The notes: generated from the letters alone by a model not told the origin. DNA of 64,000 bases from Amoebophrya sp. A120 (GCA_905178155.1 CAJINV010000011.1:2776485-2840484), one strand, 5' to 3'. Counted from the first letter of the stretch, positions 44,916-58,797 are shown. A program made the numbers and translations.

Positions 44916-45563
44916 TGCAGGAGCAAAACTCCGAAAATATCAAGGACAGATGCACCGTCCACCTAGACCAATGACTTGAGTTCTAGTCAGATTTCGTTTC
45001 CGATTGTCTTCTTACACTTTTACTACTTTCTGAAACGGAGACACGGAGGATGTGCGACCAAGCTTACAAAGTGGCTTCTATTCCAGCCGGCCCAGCGTGA
45101 TACTTACTATGTTGGAGACATATAGAACATCGGCACAGACATCTTGTTCTTTGTCCCGTAAAATCCGTATCTATTAATCTGCATCAAAAACAAAGGTGGC
45201 CGGAATTACACAAATAACAAACCTCACGCGCACAACAAAAGTCCGTGCCATAGGGATAGGTGGCCGTAATACGCATTGCGTATCCACTGTAAAACAACAG
45301 TGTCGCCCGGCGTCAGTTTTCCACTTGGCGGGCGCCCGTAACCACTCCAGTTCGCGCTCTCGAATTCAATCGCTTGGTCCCACGCCTCCTTCGGAAGCTG
45401 TGGAATGTCAATTGTCAACGGGCGGATTTGAAATTTATTGTGATCTTATATCTTTTTTGTATGGGTGTGTTGGCCGGACCCATCGCGGACTCGAGCTTGA
45501 CGACATTTTCGTATTACTATTATTTCTATTGGATGGGTGAGCAAACAAAATCACTTTACAACT

Positions 45564-47522
45564 TCAACTTCTTGCTCTTACCTTTTTGTGCTCGTCGTAC
45601 ACGTAATCCTGACCGCTCAGATTCGCCAGCTTTTGACACCCACGGTCCAGTTGTGCACGCAGTTGTGTACGTGCGCCAACGAAGCCAGCTTGTCCTAGTC
45701 CTCCAAAGTCCCGCGCAAACCCGGCCGGAAAGAACCCACCTGGCCGCCTGGGAGAACAGGATTGAACGCCCAGAGTTTCCTCCAGTCGTTTCAGTTCGTC
45801 TGCTGCCTCGAATACCCAACTAATTAGATAATCCGGATCATGCGCTCCCACTCTTCCAGTCTGCTCCCACTCTTCCAGCTGTGCCGTTGCCTCGCGCAGC
45901 TCAGTCTCTGCGGCCTCCAGCTGCTGTTCCGGTGTTCTTACATTTGCTCCTGAAGATACTTCTGCTGCCGCAGCTGGTGCTCTTGCTGCTGCTGGTCGAC
46001 TTGCAGCCACAGATGCAGATTGGGGCGGAGATCGAGATGACAAGGAGCGCATGCCACCGCCTGCCGGGAGCCACGGCCCGGCTTTAGGTGGTCTTCTTTG
46101 ACTTTCATCAACGCGGCCTCGCTGAGGCTGCTCCGGAACTTGCGCGTAAATATTTCGACGTCCTCCAGGTGGATTGCCCGGAGCCGGAGCGGATAAGGTG
46201 GCCACATCCGTCCTGGTTCTACTACCTTCATCGGCCGCTGCGCCAAACGACCGCTGCAAAGGAGTAGACCACGCTGGCGTTGCTGGTGGAGACCACACAG
46301 TCTGCAAATCACGACGGGCTGGGGCCAGCGAAGAATCCCCCGGTGGAGGGTTGGGGGCGCGAGCCGGCACGGCATCCGGAGGCAAAGGCACGAGACCTTG
46401 TTGTGCAGGCCGCGGTTGTTGTACGTGACCGACACCGACGCGTCGTCGTGGCATAACTTCTGGCGCTGCGGGGGGCTGCAGTGGTTGTCGTTGTTGTTGG
46501 CCAGGCGGTGGCGCCCACATGTTGTCTCGGCCCGGCGGTGCTGCTCCCCTCCCCACCCGACCATCCGGAAGATGAACGCGACTGTTGCCACCAGAGAACC
46601 CAGGCTCCTGCTGGAGTGGCAAATTCTGCCCGAATGGTGGAGGGGGCTCTGCGACTCTTTGAATCGTGATGGTGCTCGTCCTCGTGGTCGCGGGCGGAGG
46701 CTGCAATACAGGGGGAGCTGCCGGGATGTTGGTCTTAATACTGGCCGGCGGCGTGGGTGGACGTGGAGTTGTTTTTTTACTTGATCCTCCGCTGCACCAG
46801 AAACAGCTTCCATCCCGCCGCTGCAGAAAGCCCGGGGAGGCTTGAGTTGTAGACTCCGGAGGAGACGCGACGTCCTCGTCGTGGTCGACCCCCGCGCCTT
46901 GTTCCTCGTCATGCAGGTCTGCTTGAGCAGCTTCTTGTTCTTCCACGGGATGTTCCAACTTGTTGTGGTTAACAACAACAGCATCTTGTTCAACGCCAGC
47001 GCCCAGTTGTTCTTCTTCTTCGCGATGATGTGTTGATCCAAGACGGCGGTCGACCTGGTGGTCAGCAGGAGAATTTTCAGTATCGTCCGAGTGGCCCCCG
47101 CGATCATGCATTTGCAGCTCCTTCTGCAGCAAGGCAGATTGTCCCACCACAAGGTGAACAGCATGGTCCACCACATCGTCAAGAACAACAGCGTCGCCTC
47201 GTCCACCTCGGTCTTCACCTGGTGCACTGCTCGCAAGAACTTCCACGTAGGTTTCCGTGTTGCTCCCGCTCTGCTCGGTTGCACCAGGGTCGACGACCCC
47301 CGAGGTTCCTGTCGCCGGTCGACTGTCGTGGTCTTCGTGGCGAACGGCGTGGACAAGAAGGAACGCACCATGCTGGAAGCCTGGTTCTAGATGCACCAGC
47401 ACACCGACGAACTGTTGGAGATCGAACATCTTCAAGAGGAAGAGCAGTGGTCCTCCCGTGGCCCCTTGCAGGAGACGCCGGGCAGTGGTCGGACGGGCGA
47501 GGAGCGTCGACACGACCTTCAT
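45564..47522 (-). CDS. Possibly secreted Pro-rich unknown protein (family copy A)
   Basis: 652-aa ORF with a hydrophobic N-terminal region, acidic/His then Pro-rich middle, and the shared C-terminal domain. Confidence 0.65.
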   Translation of the reverse strand: MKVVSTLLARPTTARRLLQGATGGPLLFLLKMFDLQQFVGVLVHLEPGFQHGAFLLVHAVRHEDHDSRPATGTSGVVDPGATEQSGSNTETYVEVLASSAPGEDRGGRGDAVVLDDVVDHAVHLVVGQSALLQKELQMHDRGGHSDDTENSPADHQVDRRLGSTHHREEEEQLGAGVEQDAVVVNHNKLEHPVEEQEAAQADLHDEEQGAGVDHDEDVASPPESTTQASPGFLQRRDGSCFWCSGGSSKKTTPRPPTPPASIKTNIPAAPPVLQPPPATTRTSTITIQRVAEPPPPFGQNLPLQQEPGFSGGNSRVHLPDGRVGRGAAPPGRDNMWAPPPGQQQRQPLQPPAAPEVMPRRRVGVGHVQQPRPAQQGLVPLPPDAVPARAPNPPPGDSSLAPARRDLQTVWSPPATPAWSTPLQRSFGAAADEGSRTRTDVATLSAPAPGNPPGGRRNIYAQVPEQPQRGRVDESQRRPPKAGPWLPAGGGMRSLSSRSPPQSASVAASRPAAARAPAAAAEVSSGANVRTPEQQLEAAETELREATAQLEEWEQTGRVGAHDPDYLISWVFEAADELKRLEETLGVQSCSPRRPGGFFPAGFARDFGGLGQAGFVGARTQLRAQLDRGCQKLANLSGQDYVYDEHKKVRARS

Positions 47523-49339
47523 GGTTCTGAAACTTCCGTGCTGTTTCAGTATCGGACTGGAGAGCCAAAGGGAAACTGATGCAGACGCGACGTGATGAAC
47601 TCCAGGAAGTTTTTGTATTTCTTCCTGCTGGTCAGTAGATTCAAGCGCAAACGATCGCCCTCGTCTGGGGATGAACTCGAACTATTTGTTCGGTCGGCGG
47701 CCTAACGAAGTAGAGGAAGGCTCGCAGAATGGAACGTAAGAAAAAGTCGTGCCTTGTTAACACGACCTTGAACTTGATGAGGGTGGCTAGTACTTGTACT
47801 TCGAAACAAATTTTCGCATACAAATTTGATTTTTTAAGCCAGTGCCGAGGAGCACTGTAATAAAGATGCTGGGGGTTCTTGAGTTTTTTGATTTTTCGAC
47901 AAGCGAAGTAGAAATTCGACGTGGGAAGACTCAACAAGATGAAGAACCTGTGGGAATTAGTTGGCATGTGATTTTTTCGCAATTTCTTCTTCTTGCTCAT
48001 ACATAAAAACCGACGACAGATTCTCATCGTCGTCCTTCGAGTTTCTGCACCTGCACCGAAAAGGCTTTCATAACTTCAACCTGTTGGTGTGTACGACAAA
48101 GTCAAAAAATTGCACGACCGAAAGGACGAAAGCGAAAGGAAACCATGAAAGCGGCACGACCGAAGAAAATATATTCCAAGGCAATTGAAAGCTTGTCCTA
48201 TTTATTGCTGAACGAAAATCATAAAACGAACCGAAAATGATGTATGAAACGAACCGATTTTTCCCAATTCAAGTAGTTGCATCCAGAGCACCGAAGTTAA
48301 AGCTGATTAGTTTTCTTTGTTGACGCGGGGCAGGTGTCCCTCGCTACCAAGCAATTTTTTGTTCCCTGTCGGACTTATCTATTCTTAGGAGTACGGCACT
48401 GCACGTAAGTGATAATGGCAGCAATATCCCTGGTGCCAACGACCAGCGGCTGTGCCTCGAAAGTAGAAGCCGGCCGTGTATATAATCGCTTTCGTTGTTT
48501 TATTTTACAACAAGTGCGAAATGCTTCTGCTTTGTCCAATCGAAAGGCGTCAACGGCCATCCGCGGCTCCAAAAAGGATACAGATTTTACGGTTGTACAT
48601 GCAGCAGGTTACTACAGTGATGTTGCGCGCCCTTAGTCTCACCTTCTTTGACACAGTTTGTCGTACGAGTGGTGTCAAAAAAAGTTGCTACACACGGCAC
48701 ACGGCCTGGTGTCCTGTTTCATCTACTTACTTACAACTGACTCCAACGAGCCAAGACTTGTTGTAACTGCAGTTGTCTTCAAGTTTCTACTAGCAGCAAC
48801 GAAAAAGGAGCGCTACCGCTCTACTCGTCGCTGCAGAAGAAACTACCCAACTACCCGGAAAGAAGAAGATGATGAAGTTCGTTGCAAGTTCTTGTTTAGG
48901 TGCTGTAGGAAAACTTCTTATCCTCAACAAAAACAAAACAAAACTGAACCAACAGATGAGGTCGTTCAGTGAATAACGAGACGGTCAAGATTTACACAAC
49001 AACCAAAAAAACAACTACGCCAGAACGCATTCGATGATGCGATATGCGATAATTTCGCTTCGGTTTGCAAAGGTTAAGGTAACAAAAACGGTGAGCTGGA
49101 TTATATTAGCGATTGGTATACGAAACAGCGAGACGGTATCTCGAAGATTGGATTTTAGTGTTCTAGGAAACTACTCAAATAACTAAGTGTACTTGTTATT
49201 TTTACAATGCGAAACGGAAACAGCTACAGCAAACGCAAAGGTCGTCCTCGTTTTACAACTTTCAACTTCAAGTTGTTTAATTGAAAAAATTCTTGCTCGG
49301 CGATGATCATCACTCTCGCGGCGATGATTTCTGGAACTC

Positions 49340-52300
49340 TTACGCGAGCCGAATCTTGACGTCGCGGATCCAGTCGTGCTGCAGGGCCTCCTTGCAGCTC
49401 ATGCGTTTTTTCTGGTCGCACTCGAAGCACCGCTGCACGAAGTCCTTGGCCAGCGGCTCTGCCTGCCACACCTTGTTACCCCAGTCGATCCGGGCGACGC
49501 GCAGCCGCCGGCGGATCTGGTCCATGCGGGCGTGACCGACGTAGTTTTCCCCCGGCTGATCGTCAAACAATGCGGAGTACCAATTGTAAAAATGTCTGGG
49601 TCTGGAAGACTCTGACACTTGTCATGCACGTTTTGCATGAGCCATGATGTCTGTGTTGCATACCCTAGCAATACAGATTTTTTGAGGGCTTCTTAATGCA
49701 TATTCCGCATGACAAATGCCTTCTCAGCGTAGCACAAATTGCACTCCCTGTGGTACTCATGCAATACAGATTTTTTTGGGAATCCAAATGCAGCATCACA
49801 AGTTGCATTCTTACAGACCCAGACATTTTTGCACTTGGTACGGAGTGAAAGGGGAAGGAACCCGTCAGGATCGTGAAGAAGATCACCCCGATCGCCCACA
49901 TGTCACTCGTCGGCGTGGAGTACCCCACATAGTATGCATTGCAACTACAGTAGCGCACTCGTACTTACACGTAGAAATGGAAGTCGCATGACAAGTTTAG
50001 TCAGTATGAAAAATGGGATTTGTAATGCGGGTTTACCCTAAGTAGAAGGAGATTCTGTTGTATTAATGCGTGACCGCTACTGCTGGTACAAGTGCGATGC
50101 TTTTGCAATGCATACATAGGTCTCCGGTGCAATGTACTGATCGGTGCCCAGCACGTGGAAAGACTTCGTGCCCGGCCGGTAGATCTCGACCTAAAAGTGA
50201 CATGTTCAAATTCGTATACAACGAATCTGCGCTGTAAACGAGGCGATGTTCGTCTTTCCAGATGATCTTTGGTAAAAATATGGGAGAATGACAACTACTA
50301 CAACGAGCTATTCATGCAGCTCGAGCTCATCGTCATGCTGTGTTTTACTTTCGCAGCAGCAAAGAGAGTTTTTTTTTTATCGTTTTCGATAAAATTACCG
50401 TGTCGAAGTCCACGACTTTGCAGCAGCAAATCAGCTCCTCGCCATATCGAAGTGAAAAAAGGAGCCCCGACCCCATACAACACAGAAAATTTCTGTTGCT
50501 GGATTTCTGTACACAAATCTATCAGCGCTGGATTGCAGCAATTGCTTGGAGGCATTTTCTAAGCCTTATTCGGGTATACAAAAGGCTAGTAGATAGGCAT
50601 GGCACTAGACAGCTTTGCAGTAGGCAGATAGAAGCGGCGCGTGACAGATCATTGGCTGTGCAATGCTCCGAATGACTCCCAAGACATATCTGATTTGTGG
50701 TCACAAATCAGCATCACAAATGTCCATTTTGAGTATGGGGAGAGGGAACTTTTCCTCACAATACGCCCTGCTGTTTGATCCGGGCCTCATCCAGGACAAT
50801 GTTCTCCAGTTTGATGGTATCCAGGAAAAAACACTCATCCCCATCCTTTTTTTGCATGACAAACACTGCTCTTGATGCATGTTTTGCATGGATAAATTAA
50901 ATGGGAGTGGTTGTTTTTTCCTGAATAGATGTCTTTGTGCACGAGCCCCTGCGAATGCAACTCGTCCATGCCCTGCACAAGCTCCTTTGCGATCTGTCGC
51001 GCGAGCGGAATCTTGTACGCCTTCTCGTAGATTTTGTCTTGGACGAAGTAATCAAACAAATCCCGACCTGTCGTGCATGATCATTTCTGATGCTTGTCGC
51101 TGCTTTTGCTTGTCGGGCTGCTTCTCCAACTACTTGTTTCTCAAAGGTACTGAAGATAGGAAGTTGTACTTCTGCGAGTTGCAAAAAATTTCAAATACAA
51201 ATTTCACCGTGAGTACAGGCGAAAGATCATGATCATAATCACATTATACCCTTGACATGTTCCATGACGACGAAGTAGCTCGTTGCATCCTCGATGATAT
51301 CCAGCACGTTTGCAACGTGGGGTATGGAAGCGTCAAGTTTGAAATCGACAAAGTTGAAATGATTTGCCATGCATAAAATGCAAGGCATGAAGTGCGTGTC
51401 TGCCGGGATGGCAAGTGAGGCCAACTGTCAGCCTGTTTAGCGTTTGAAATATATTTATTAGCTGCTAAAGTAGCATGAGAAAAGCAGTCGTCTGTCTCTG
51501 TGCCCAAACAGCATGACAAATTGGATTCCGGTGCTCGGCAAATTTGTCATGCACCGCTTAGAAATTGGGCTTCCAACTGGTATCGATTGTATGCATTACA
51601 AGCTATTTCAACTTTAACGATTTCAATCCTGACGCTTCCATATGGGGGTGCGCCCTTGACTCTTTCGAGAAATCTTCCAGCATAGCCGGACCGCCGGATT
51701 GCAGAAACAGAAGCTGTAAATGAGTATATGAATGATCAATTTTGCAAGCAGTGCGGATAGACCCACAGACACGTACTTGAACTTGACAAATTGAAATTAC
51801 CGGTCGACAACCGCAAGTAATAAAAACTCAACGGCATCTTATTGGAAGTTGAAGCAGCTGTCCCTGTCGTGCACGTGCTACTTCTAATATACAAGCGGCA
51901 CTAGTAGTGCCTATTGTTATTTTTACCCTCATATTTGCCATCCAGTCCTTGATTTCCTGCTCGTCCTTAAATGATTTGGTCTTGTTGCGCATCTTGATCA
52001 CCACACTTCGTCCGTCTGCTCTCCTTTTTGCGAAAGTAACCGACTTGACCGTGCTGCGGCCGTTTTCTGTCGGGACTACTTCGCTACCAAGGTCGTACGA
52101 ATTCGAGAGGGAGGTCCTGAATAGTTTTTTCTTTGCAATGTTGAGAAAAACCTGCTGCCCAATGAACAAGGGAAGTCCTCTCTTTATTCATAGCATCTTC
52201 AGCGGTACAGCCAATAAATCTGGTGCAGCTCCTGCTCTGGTTCTGTTGTCCTAGACAGCTGCACTCAAACTTCTTTCTAACATGAACACACTGGGAATAG

Positions 52301-52500
52301 AAAGACTGACATCAAGGTAGGAAGACAAGAAAATATCGGGTTGGAGGAACAAAAAGAAAAAGTACTCATATCGAAATTTGATATTCTTGCAGCGCTCCTC
52401 CATTTCGAGCGCGCGCAACAGATTTGATGCTTCCTCCATGTCTCCCTCGGGATTGTGGCTCTTGTTGTGCATCTGGAAGATGCGGTAGAGCTCATCTCCA
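49340..52500 (-). CDS. Ser/Thr protein kinase (CAMK/CDPK-like, DFD variant), many introns; 5' end uncertain
   Basis: VVIKMRNK, HPHVANVLDIIED...VVMEHVKG, LHSQGLVHKDI, LIDFDT, GTDQYIAPETY|VGYSTPTSDMWAIGVI, KRMSCKEALQHDWI. Confidence 0.85.
49578..49840. mobile_element. Introner, TGTCTGGGTCTGG family
   Basis: TACCAA.TG.AAAAATGTCTGGGTCTG TIR; direct repeat CGGAG; related to 60924-61181 and 62810-63170. Confidence 0.85.
49933..50114. mobile_element. Introner, TATGCATTGCAA family
   Basis: Direct repeat CATAG; removal gives APETYVGYSTPTSDMW. Confidence 0.85.
51323..51642. mobile_element. Introner, TATGGAAGCGTCA family
   Basis: TIR plus direct repeat TGGGG; interior strongly similar to 56488-56822. 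Confidence 0.88.
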
Positions 52501-54156
52501 TCGAAACTGCGGTTTCCCAACATCTTTTTGTTTAATATTCGTACTGCTATCACAAAGAAATATTAAAAGAGGAACAACTTCGTAAAGAAACTGGATTGAT
52601 AACGGTAAACAAGTCCACCTCACACATAAATCACATAAAAGTAAAGCTCCTTCTGAGTTAGAATTTTTCGAGAATCCGAAAAAAAAAAACAGAAAAGGCA
52701 CGACCCCCTCCTCGGCCTATGAAATGGACAAGATGAGAAAGATGAAATTGAAATCGAGGAGCGATATTCGATAAAGTTTCAAGAAGCTTCGCCAGCTTTT
52801 CCTCATATGGGCCGCCAACATAATTGCGAAACGATTTGCGGTCAGACGGCTTCACGATGGACGAACGTATTTTGCCTTTACCCCTTACTTCACGATGTGA
52901 ACCTTTATCAACGACGTAGAAGGCACTTGTAACGAAAACATGCATGTGGTGACATTTTTCCCATTTGCATCTGTATGTGATTATGTTGGTTTACTGCCAA
53001 AGATACTTACTTTTACTTTCCTATATCGATAAATTTTTCCGATGTTATTCGCCAATCTTGTCAAGTACCTAGTACCCTCGTGACGAGGTGTTTCTTATTT
53101 CCTGCGAAGATTGGATTTAATTGGAGACAGCACAGATCCACCAGACAAACAAGATGAAACTCGATGGGCATGAGGCTCTCGCTGTCGTTATTCCTTTCAC
53201 TTGTAACGATGATGTCGACGAAGCTTCATAATCGTAAACTTAAACCCTGGTATAGCGACGAAAGAGTGCCTCGACGACTTCCGTGGTACAACTCGACGCG
53301 GGTACGATACAACACGAGATAGAAATTATGCACGACGAAAGTCGTGTTGTGGCCCGTCAATTTTCAATCCTCATTCTCTGCAAAATTTACGGGCGGAGTG
53401 AAAAATCACAAATGCGGCGGAACGCTTGTTGCAGTTAACACTAGCCACCCGTGTATAGCATTTCCATATATCGCGCAAGAAGAACAACGCCGAAGGAGCA
53501 CCTCATGGCACCGACTATTTTGACGGTTTTTTAGGACAATCATCAACAACATGGATCTTTTCCCAAAGGAACGCCGAAGGGCTGGTCAGGTAGGTGTTTC
53601 AAGTTTGTTATTCGTCGCGAGAGTTTTTTGATGATTTTGCACGTTACAACAGTAACACTTCTACCCCATGTGTCAAAGAGTTATGCCATCGTAGTTCTAC
53701 TTCGGTAGTATGATCTATGTAGACGCGATATTTTTCAAGTGGTCTCCTTCACTTTCAATCATGATGCGCATGCGCTGGTACGGTAGAATACTACTAGTGT
53801 AGTCCTAGGTGGACCATCAAATGGGTACAACGAAAACGAGAATTATGCTAGACCGACAATAAGTACACAAAGACAAGCTTGTTCTGGGGGAGAAGAAAGT
53901 AAAGACGAAATAGCGCAGTTTTACATCAGACTACGCAATAAAAGCGAGTCTCAGAAATTATGATATGCGAAGATTGCGTCGGGGATTACCAACACTAATG
54001 TAAATACGGGCTCATGGTTCATATGGGTCTTCTAATATGTATCCTGATATGAAGTACGACTTTAAAAAACATCTACCTCATGCTGGTCTTGAACTTTGTC
54101 AAAAAAAAAAACCGCTCCTGTGTAGTCTATGTCTACCTGACCACGACGAGTCTTTT

Positions 54157-54920
54157 TCATTTGAACGCCACTTTCTGCTGGTTCTGCGGCATCGCCAAGA
54201 TTGCCGCTAAGGTCTGCTGCGTTCTCTTGGACATGGGCTTCTGTCGCATGGCGGTGGCTGGTCTCGGGTGCGGGCCCGGGATTTGCCGCGGCAGCGGTCG
54301 GCCCCGGGCGTCGCGAAGAGTGCCCGGATAGTTGACGAAAGTCGGACCGGCAGCTGGAGTTATTTGAGTTGATGAAAATTCATGTCGCATGTTCATGTTG
54401 CGCATGTTGGCACATTCAAAATCGAACATCATGATCATTTTTAGCAGGAACATAGCTCTTCAAGTTCGAGTTCGTATTGCATGCATACAAAATTCATCGA
54501 AAAAAATCCAAGCAACAGCAACACAATATGAAGCCGACAGCTTATTTTCCAGAACATGAACAACTACACTTTAAGTGGAACAAGATACTAACAAACAACT
54601 ATACTGTAAGGCCTCGGGTTGCAGTCCCGCAGGGTGTCCGTCCAGGCGTTGCGTTGGCGCAGGCCGTAGGAGGCCATGCAGAATTGCCGGCTTTGCGGAC
54701 GCTCGAGAACGGGATTGTCGTCGGCGTGCAGGACCTGGTTCGCCTTCGCGCCCAGCGCCTGCATGGGCTCGCCCAGCAGCGCCCCGACGCCGATCGCTTT
54801 GGGTGCGGCGTCTTCGAACGCGGTGGTCGTGTTGTAGTGGTACCCGTTCATCCGGGACCACTTCTCCGGCACCGTGCGGTGCGCATACGGTCGCGTAAAA
54901 CCCCAGTACGTGTCGGACAT
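54157..54920 (-). CDS. Small two-exon protein of unknown function (~170 aa)
   Basis: GC-rich exons ~54920-54605 and ~54355-54157 separated by an AT-rich intron-like segment. Confidence 0.65.
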
Positions 54921-55597
54921 GGTTTTATTTCTCTACGAAGATGACGTAAGAAAGAACTTTTTTCTCAATTGCTCGCTGGTCGTAAGAACAAATTCTTTTT
55001 CTTCAAGCCCCACGGCAGTCGTGGATACCGATAGTACTAGAAGTAGTAGAAGACTCGGTGTAGGTGGAGAGAGGAAGAAGTGAAAACCTCTTTATCTTCC
55101 GCACCACCAGCAGTGAAATTCACTTTTCTTGGTACTAGCGGGACCTGCACAGAGTGGTCATGTTGCGATCGGAATAAATTTCTTTCGTGAAAACTACGAA
55201 TAGCAGAAGCACGGCAAGAACGACAAACAATTTCCTAGCAAGACCGGACGCAGTGGCGATGAACGAAAGACCGTGGCTGTACGATGTTTTTCAAAATATT
55301 TTTTTGCACGAATGACCGACTTTCCGCGCATGGTCGTGCGTCAACTGGTAGTCGCTGTACCGACACTCTTTGCACGAACCGAATTCACCGGCGAGAAAGG
55401 GAAAACCGAAGCCGTCATGGCTATTTTCTAAATTTTGATTTTCTTTATGCCTTGTCAAGAGTCTGTTGTACGAGTACGACAAATTTGACCGACAATTTTT
55501 CCCTGATGAAACGACCGATCTGCGCGCATTGAGTGTACTAACACCAAGGTGAGCAGATAAGTAGTAAGTACATAAGGAAAAGTGCAGAGGCACACAA

Positions 55598-58500
55598 TTA
55601 TAAACACATGCTTCTCATTAGGGTCTGAGACCTACTACAGGAAAAATCGCATCCTGTTCGCAGATCTCCTCTACTCGTTGATAGTTCTGAATCAGACTCG
55701 GGCGAAGGCGAGTCAGTATTTTCATGATGATGCGCAGAAGAAGTGTAAGCATTTCTAGATACAAGATCGTCCTCCGTGTTGAAGACATGATCAGAAGCAC
55801 GGTCTTCTACTTCCTCTTTCTGATGTACTACATTCTGTTCGCTGTTGATGAGATTATCGGAAGATGAGCTCATCAAACTAGAGCTACTCCTGGACGACAA
55901 GGAAGTGGAACTTGGTTCGACGATGGTTCCGTTCACGCGAAGTTGGATGGCTTTTTGCAACAGGCGATCCAGCAACTTGTTCCGCTTTTTCCCGGTGTTT
56001 TGCCAGTGATTTCGCAGCGCGAACTTGCCCCACTCATGCAGTTTCTGAAGGATTTTCTGCCCCGCCAGGTACACCGCTCGCCGGTTTTTCTGTTCTTCTT
56101 CTTCTTCATGATAAGCAGGCGCTGTCGCGCTAGTGCTGGTGTCCTGTGCCGCTCGTCTCTGTTCTCTTTTCATTTCCCGCGTCTGCAAGCCGGCCTGCGG
56201 TGGTCGTGGTTCTCGGTCAATTCCTCGTAGCTGCATCATACCGCCGGCAAAGAAGATTTGTCGCATTTCTGTCGCGGAAAAGCCGAATGCGCCGATCGGG
56301 TAATACCAGAAGATCCAGAAGGGATCCAGTGTGTACAGTTTGTTCATTGCGTTGTTCATGTCCTCGGGTCGTCGTCGTGCTAACCCTGCATTCATTATTT
56401 TCCCACCCGTTCCAGTTGTAGTTCCACTTGCTCGATTTGATCCTGCGTAGTTCGCTCCCCACCGCCACACTTCGTCACTCACGAAGATATGGAAGCGTCA
56501 GGTTTGAAATCGTCAAAGTTGAAATGATTTGTCATGCTAAACCGACCGAAATGATTTGTCATGCATAAAATGCAAGGCATGAAGTGCCTGCCTTGCCGGG
56601 ATGGCAAGTGAGGCCGCGTGTCAGCCTGTTTGGTGCTTGAAGTAGAGCTGCTGAAGGAGCATGACAAAAGCAGTCGCCTGTGCCCGAACAGCATGACAAA
56701 TTGGATTCCGGTGCTCGGAAAACTTGTCATGCGCCGCTTGAAAATTGGGTTTCCAACTGGTATCCATTTTATGCATTACAAGTTATTTCAACTTTGACGA
56801 TTTCAAACCTGACGCTTCCATAGAAGACCGCGTCACCGTAGTGGAAAAACACCAGCGAGTAGCCGAATGCGCCAAACTGCCGCACCATGGAGCTCAGGGA
56901 ACAGGAGAACAGCGGCACGTTTGCGATGATTCTTTCCTCCTCCAGCCCTCGGGTAATTGTAATCTTGTGCCCGAACGTACTCCGAATGTGGCCCCCTGTC
57001 CGGGGCGCGGCGAGTTCCGTCTTCATCTTGGAAAACAACCGCGGCTCGTAGGGCATGGCGAACTCGAAGGGGGGCGGAACCGCCGCGTTCACCTCCATCA
57101 CCAGGTAGTCCGGGCGCAGGTTTAACTGCAAAAGCTTTTCCGCCAGAACACAATCGAAGCTGTCGATGTCGATTTTGAGAATGGAGAAGCGGGTGCGGGT
57201 TTGTGTTTGATGTTGGGTACTACTATTCAACGATGCGGATGCTGTACTGGTTGATCCGCCCGATAATTTCATCGACTCCGAGTCCGATTCGTTTGGCGCC
57301 GCGGTGCCAGATGTAGTAGTTCTAGCGCTTGTTCTACTTGACGAACTCACGCTCTTCCGCATCTCCTCCCGTAACGACGCCACAATCGTGCTCTCGACCT
57401 TCTCCGGGTCGAAGCTATGCATTGCAAAAAAAGTGTCGCACTTAGTAGAAAAGATAGTTACCATCTTGGAAATTTCATTTGGCAAGAGAAAAAAAACTGG
57501 GATACTTGCAACGATTGAAATGCTGACTCGGCTTGGAGAAGGCATTTGAAGATGTCATGCATCTTCTTTATCACTGCATCTTCAAGTTTATACGAGTGCG
57601 ATACAAGAACTTTTGCAGAGCATACACCCCCTCACACAGCAGCTTTGCCCTGGGGAACCGCTGGCGGTACAGAGCGCACTGCTTCGGGTCTCGTTCCGCG
57701 CCCACCAACGCCTCGGCCCGGTCAGAAAGCTCGGTCAGCGGGTCATCGGAGACACCGTCGGCGGTGCCAATGTTCACGATGGAAACGTTCCAGACGTTGG
57801 CAAATTGTTTTTTCAGAAACTCATCCACTGTTTCGCCCTTCTCCGCAAACTGCGCATGCTGCTGCTGCGACGCGCGGGGTGGGGAGGTCTTGTAGGGTGA
57901 TGTGACCGTACTCGTACTAGGTGGTAAAGCTGATAAAGTAGGCAGCAGCGGTAATATGGAGGACGATGATTTGGAAGAAATCGCACCAGGACGAGGAGCT
58001 TCTGATGGAGTAGGAACGGGCACGGCATTAATATCCTCGGCATTCAATACGACCCCGCTCAACATCTCCGGGCGGTCGTAGTAACTACGTTTCGCGATGT
58101 AGTCGTGCCGCTTGGTTAAATGTGGCAAAAATTCCTTCTGTGCGGCCAAAATATCGAGGGGCAACTCCGAAAGAACGTGCGGCTCCAGTTTGCTCACGCG
58201 TCGGAGATCCAAAGTACCCGGGGTAGGCGCAGGGGAAGTAGATGGGCTGAAATCTTGAACTTCACCACGCAGCTGTTGTTCTGCTCCTGACTTGGGTGCG
58301 GCACCGGGTGCAGGTCTGGTATCGTCCACTAGAACTACAGCAGCTTGCTGCTGGTGTCCTCGTCCCTTTTTAGAAGCATTCTTCGCTTCCTCTTCTTTAA
58401 AGTCCGCACCGTAGAAGACCCCCGCGTAGCGAAGCGGATCCAAATACCCGCGGAACCCCAGCGTGAGCCTCTGTTGCTCGCCGGAGTCGGCATCCACCGC

Positions 58501-58797
58501 GTCCGTCGCAAACCCGCCAGAAAAACAGCACTTCAGCTCGGAGTAGAGCGGAAAACTGCTGTCAAAGCAGCTGTTCGACTTGGACAGGTGTTCGTGCGAC
58601 TTGCCGTCCAAGAGACAGCAGTCCTCGTAGCTAGTCCGGGTAGTGCCTGCGTCCCAACAGTTCGTCGCGCCGTGCTGGTGTAGCTGGTGTTCCGGCGACA
58701 ATGCTTGGCTGCGGATGGCGCCAGCTTCAACCGGCGACGTGGTGGGTAGCGAGACCCAGAACGAAAAGGCAACCACGACACGCAACATTCCTGGCAC
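55598..58797 (-). CDS. Secreted/membrane FkbM-like methyltransferase-domain protein (3 exons)
   Basis: Signal-like N-terminus; IVNIGTADG, ILKIDIDSFDC, LVMEVN, GYSLVF..GDAVF|VSD joined after removing introns ~57414-57583 and 56488-56822. Confidence 0.7.
56488..56822. mobile_element. Introner, TATGGAAGCGTCA family
   Basis: ~38-bp TIR, direct repeat GAAGA; removal gives GDAVFVSDEVW. Confidence 0.9.

Noticed and set aside
45938-47371. 477-aa overlapping ORF in a second minus frame
   Set aside because: The 652-aa frame carries the domain conserved in the paralogue; the overlap is explained by high GC and scarce stops.
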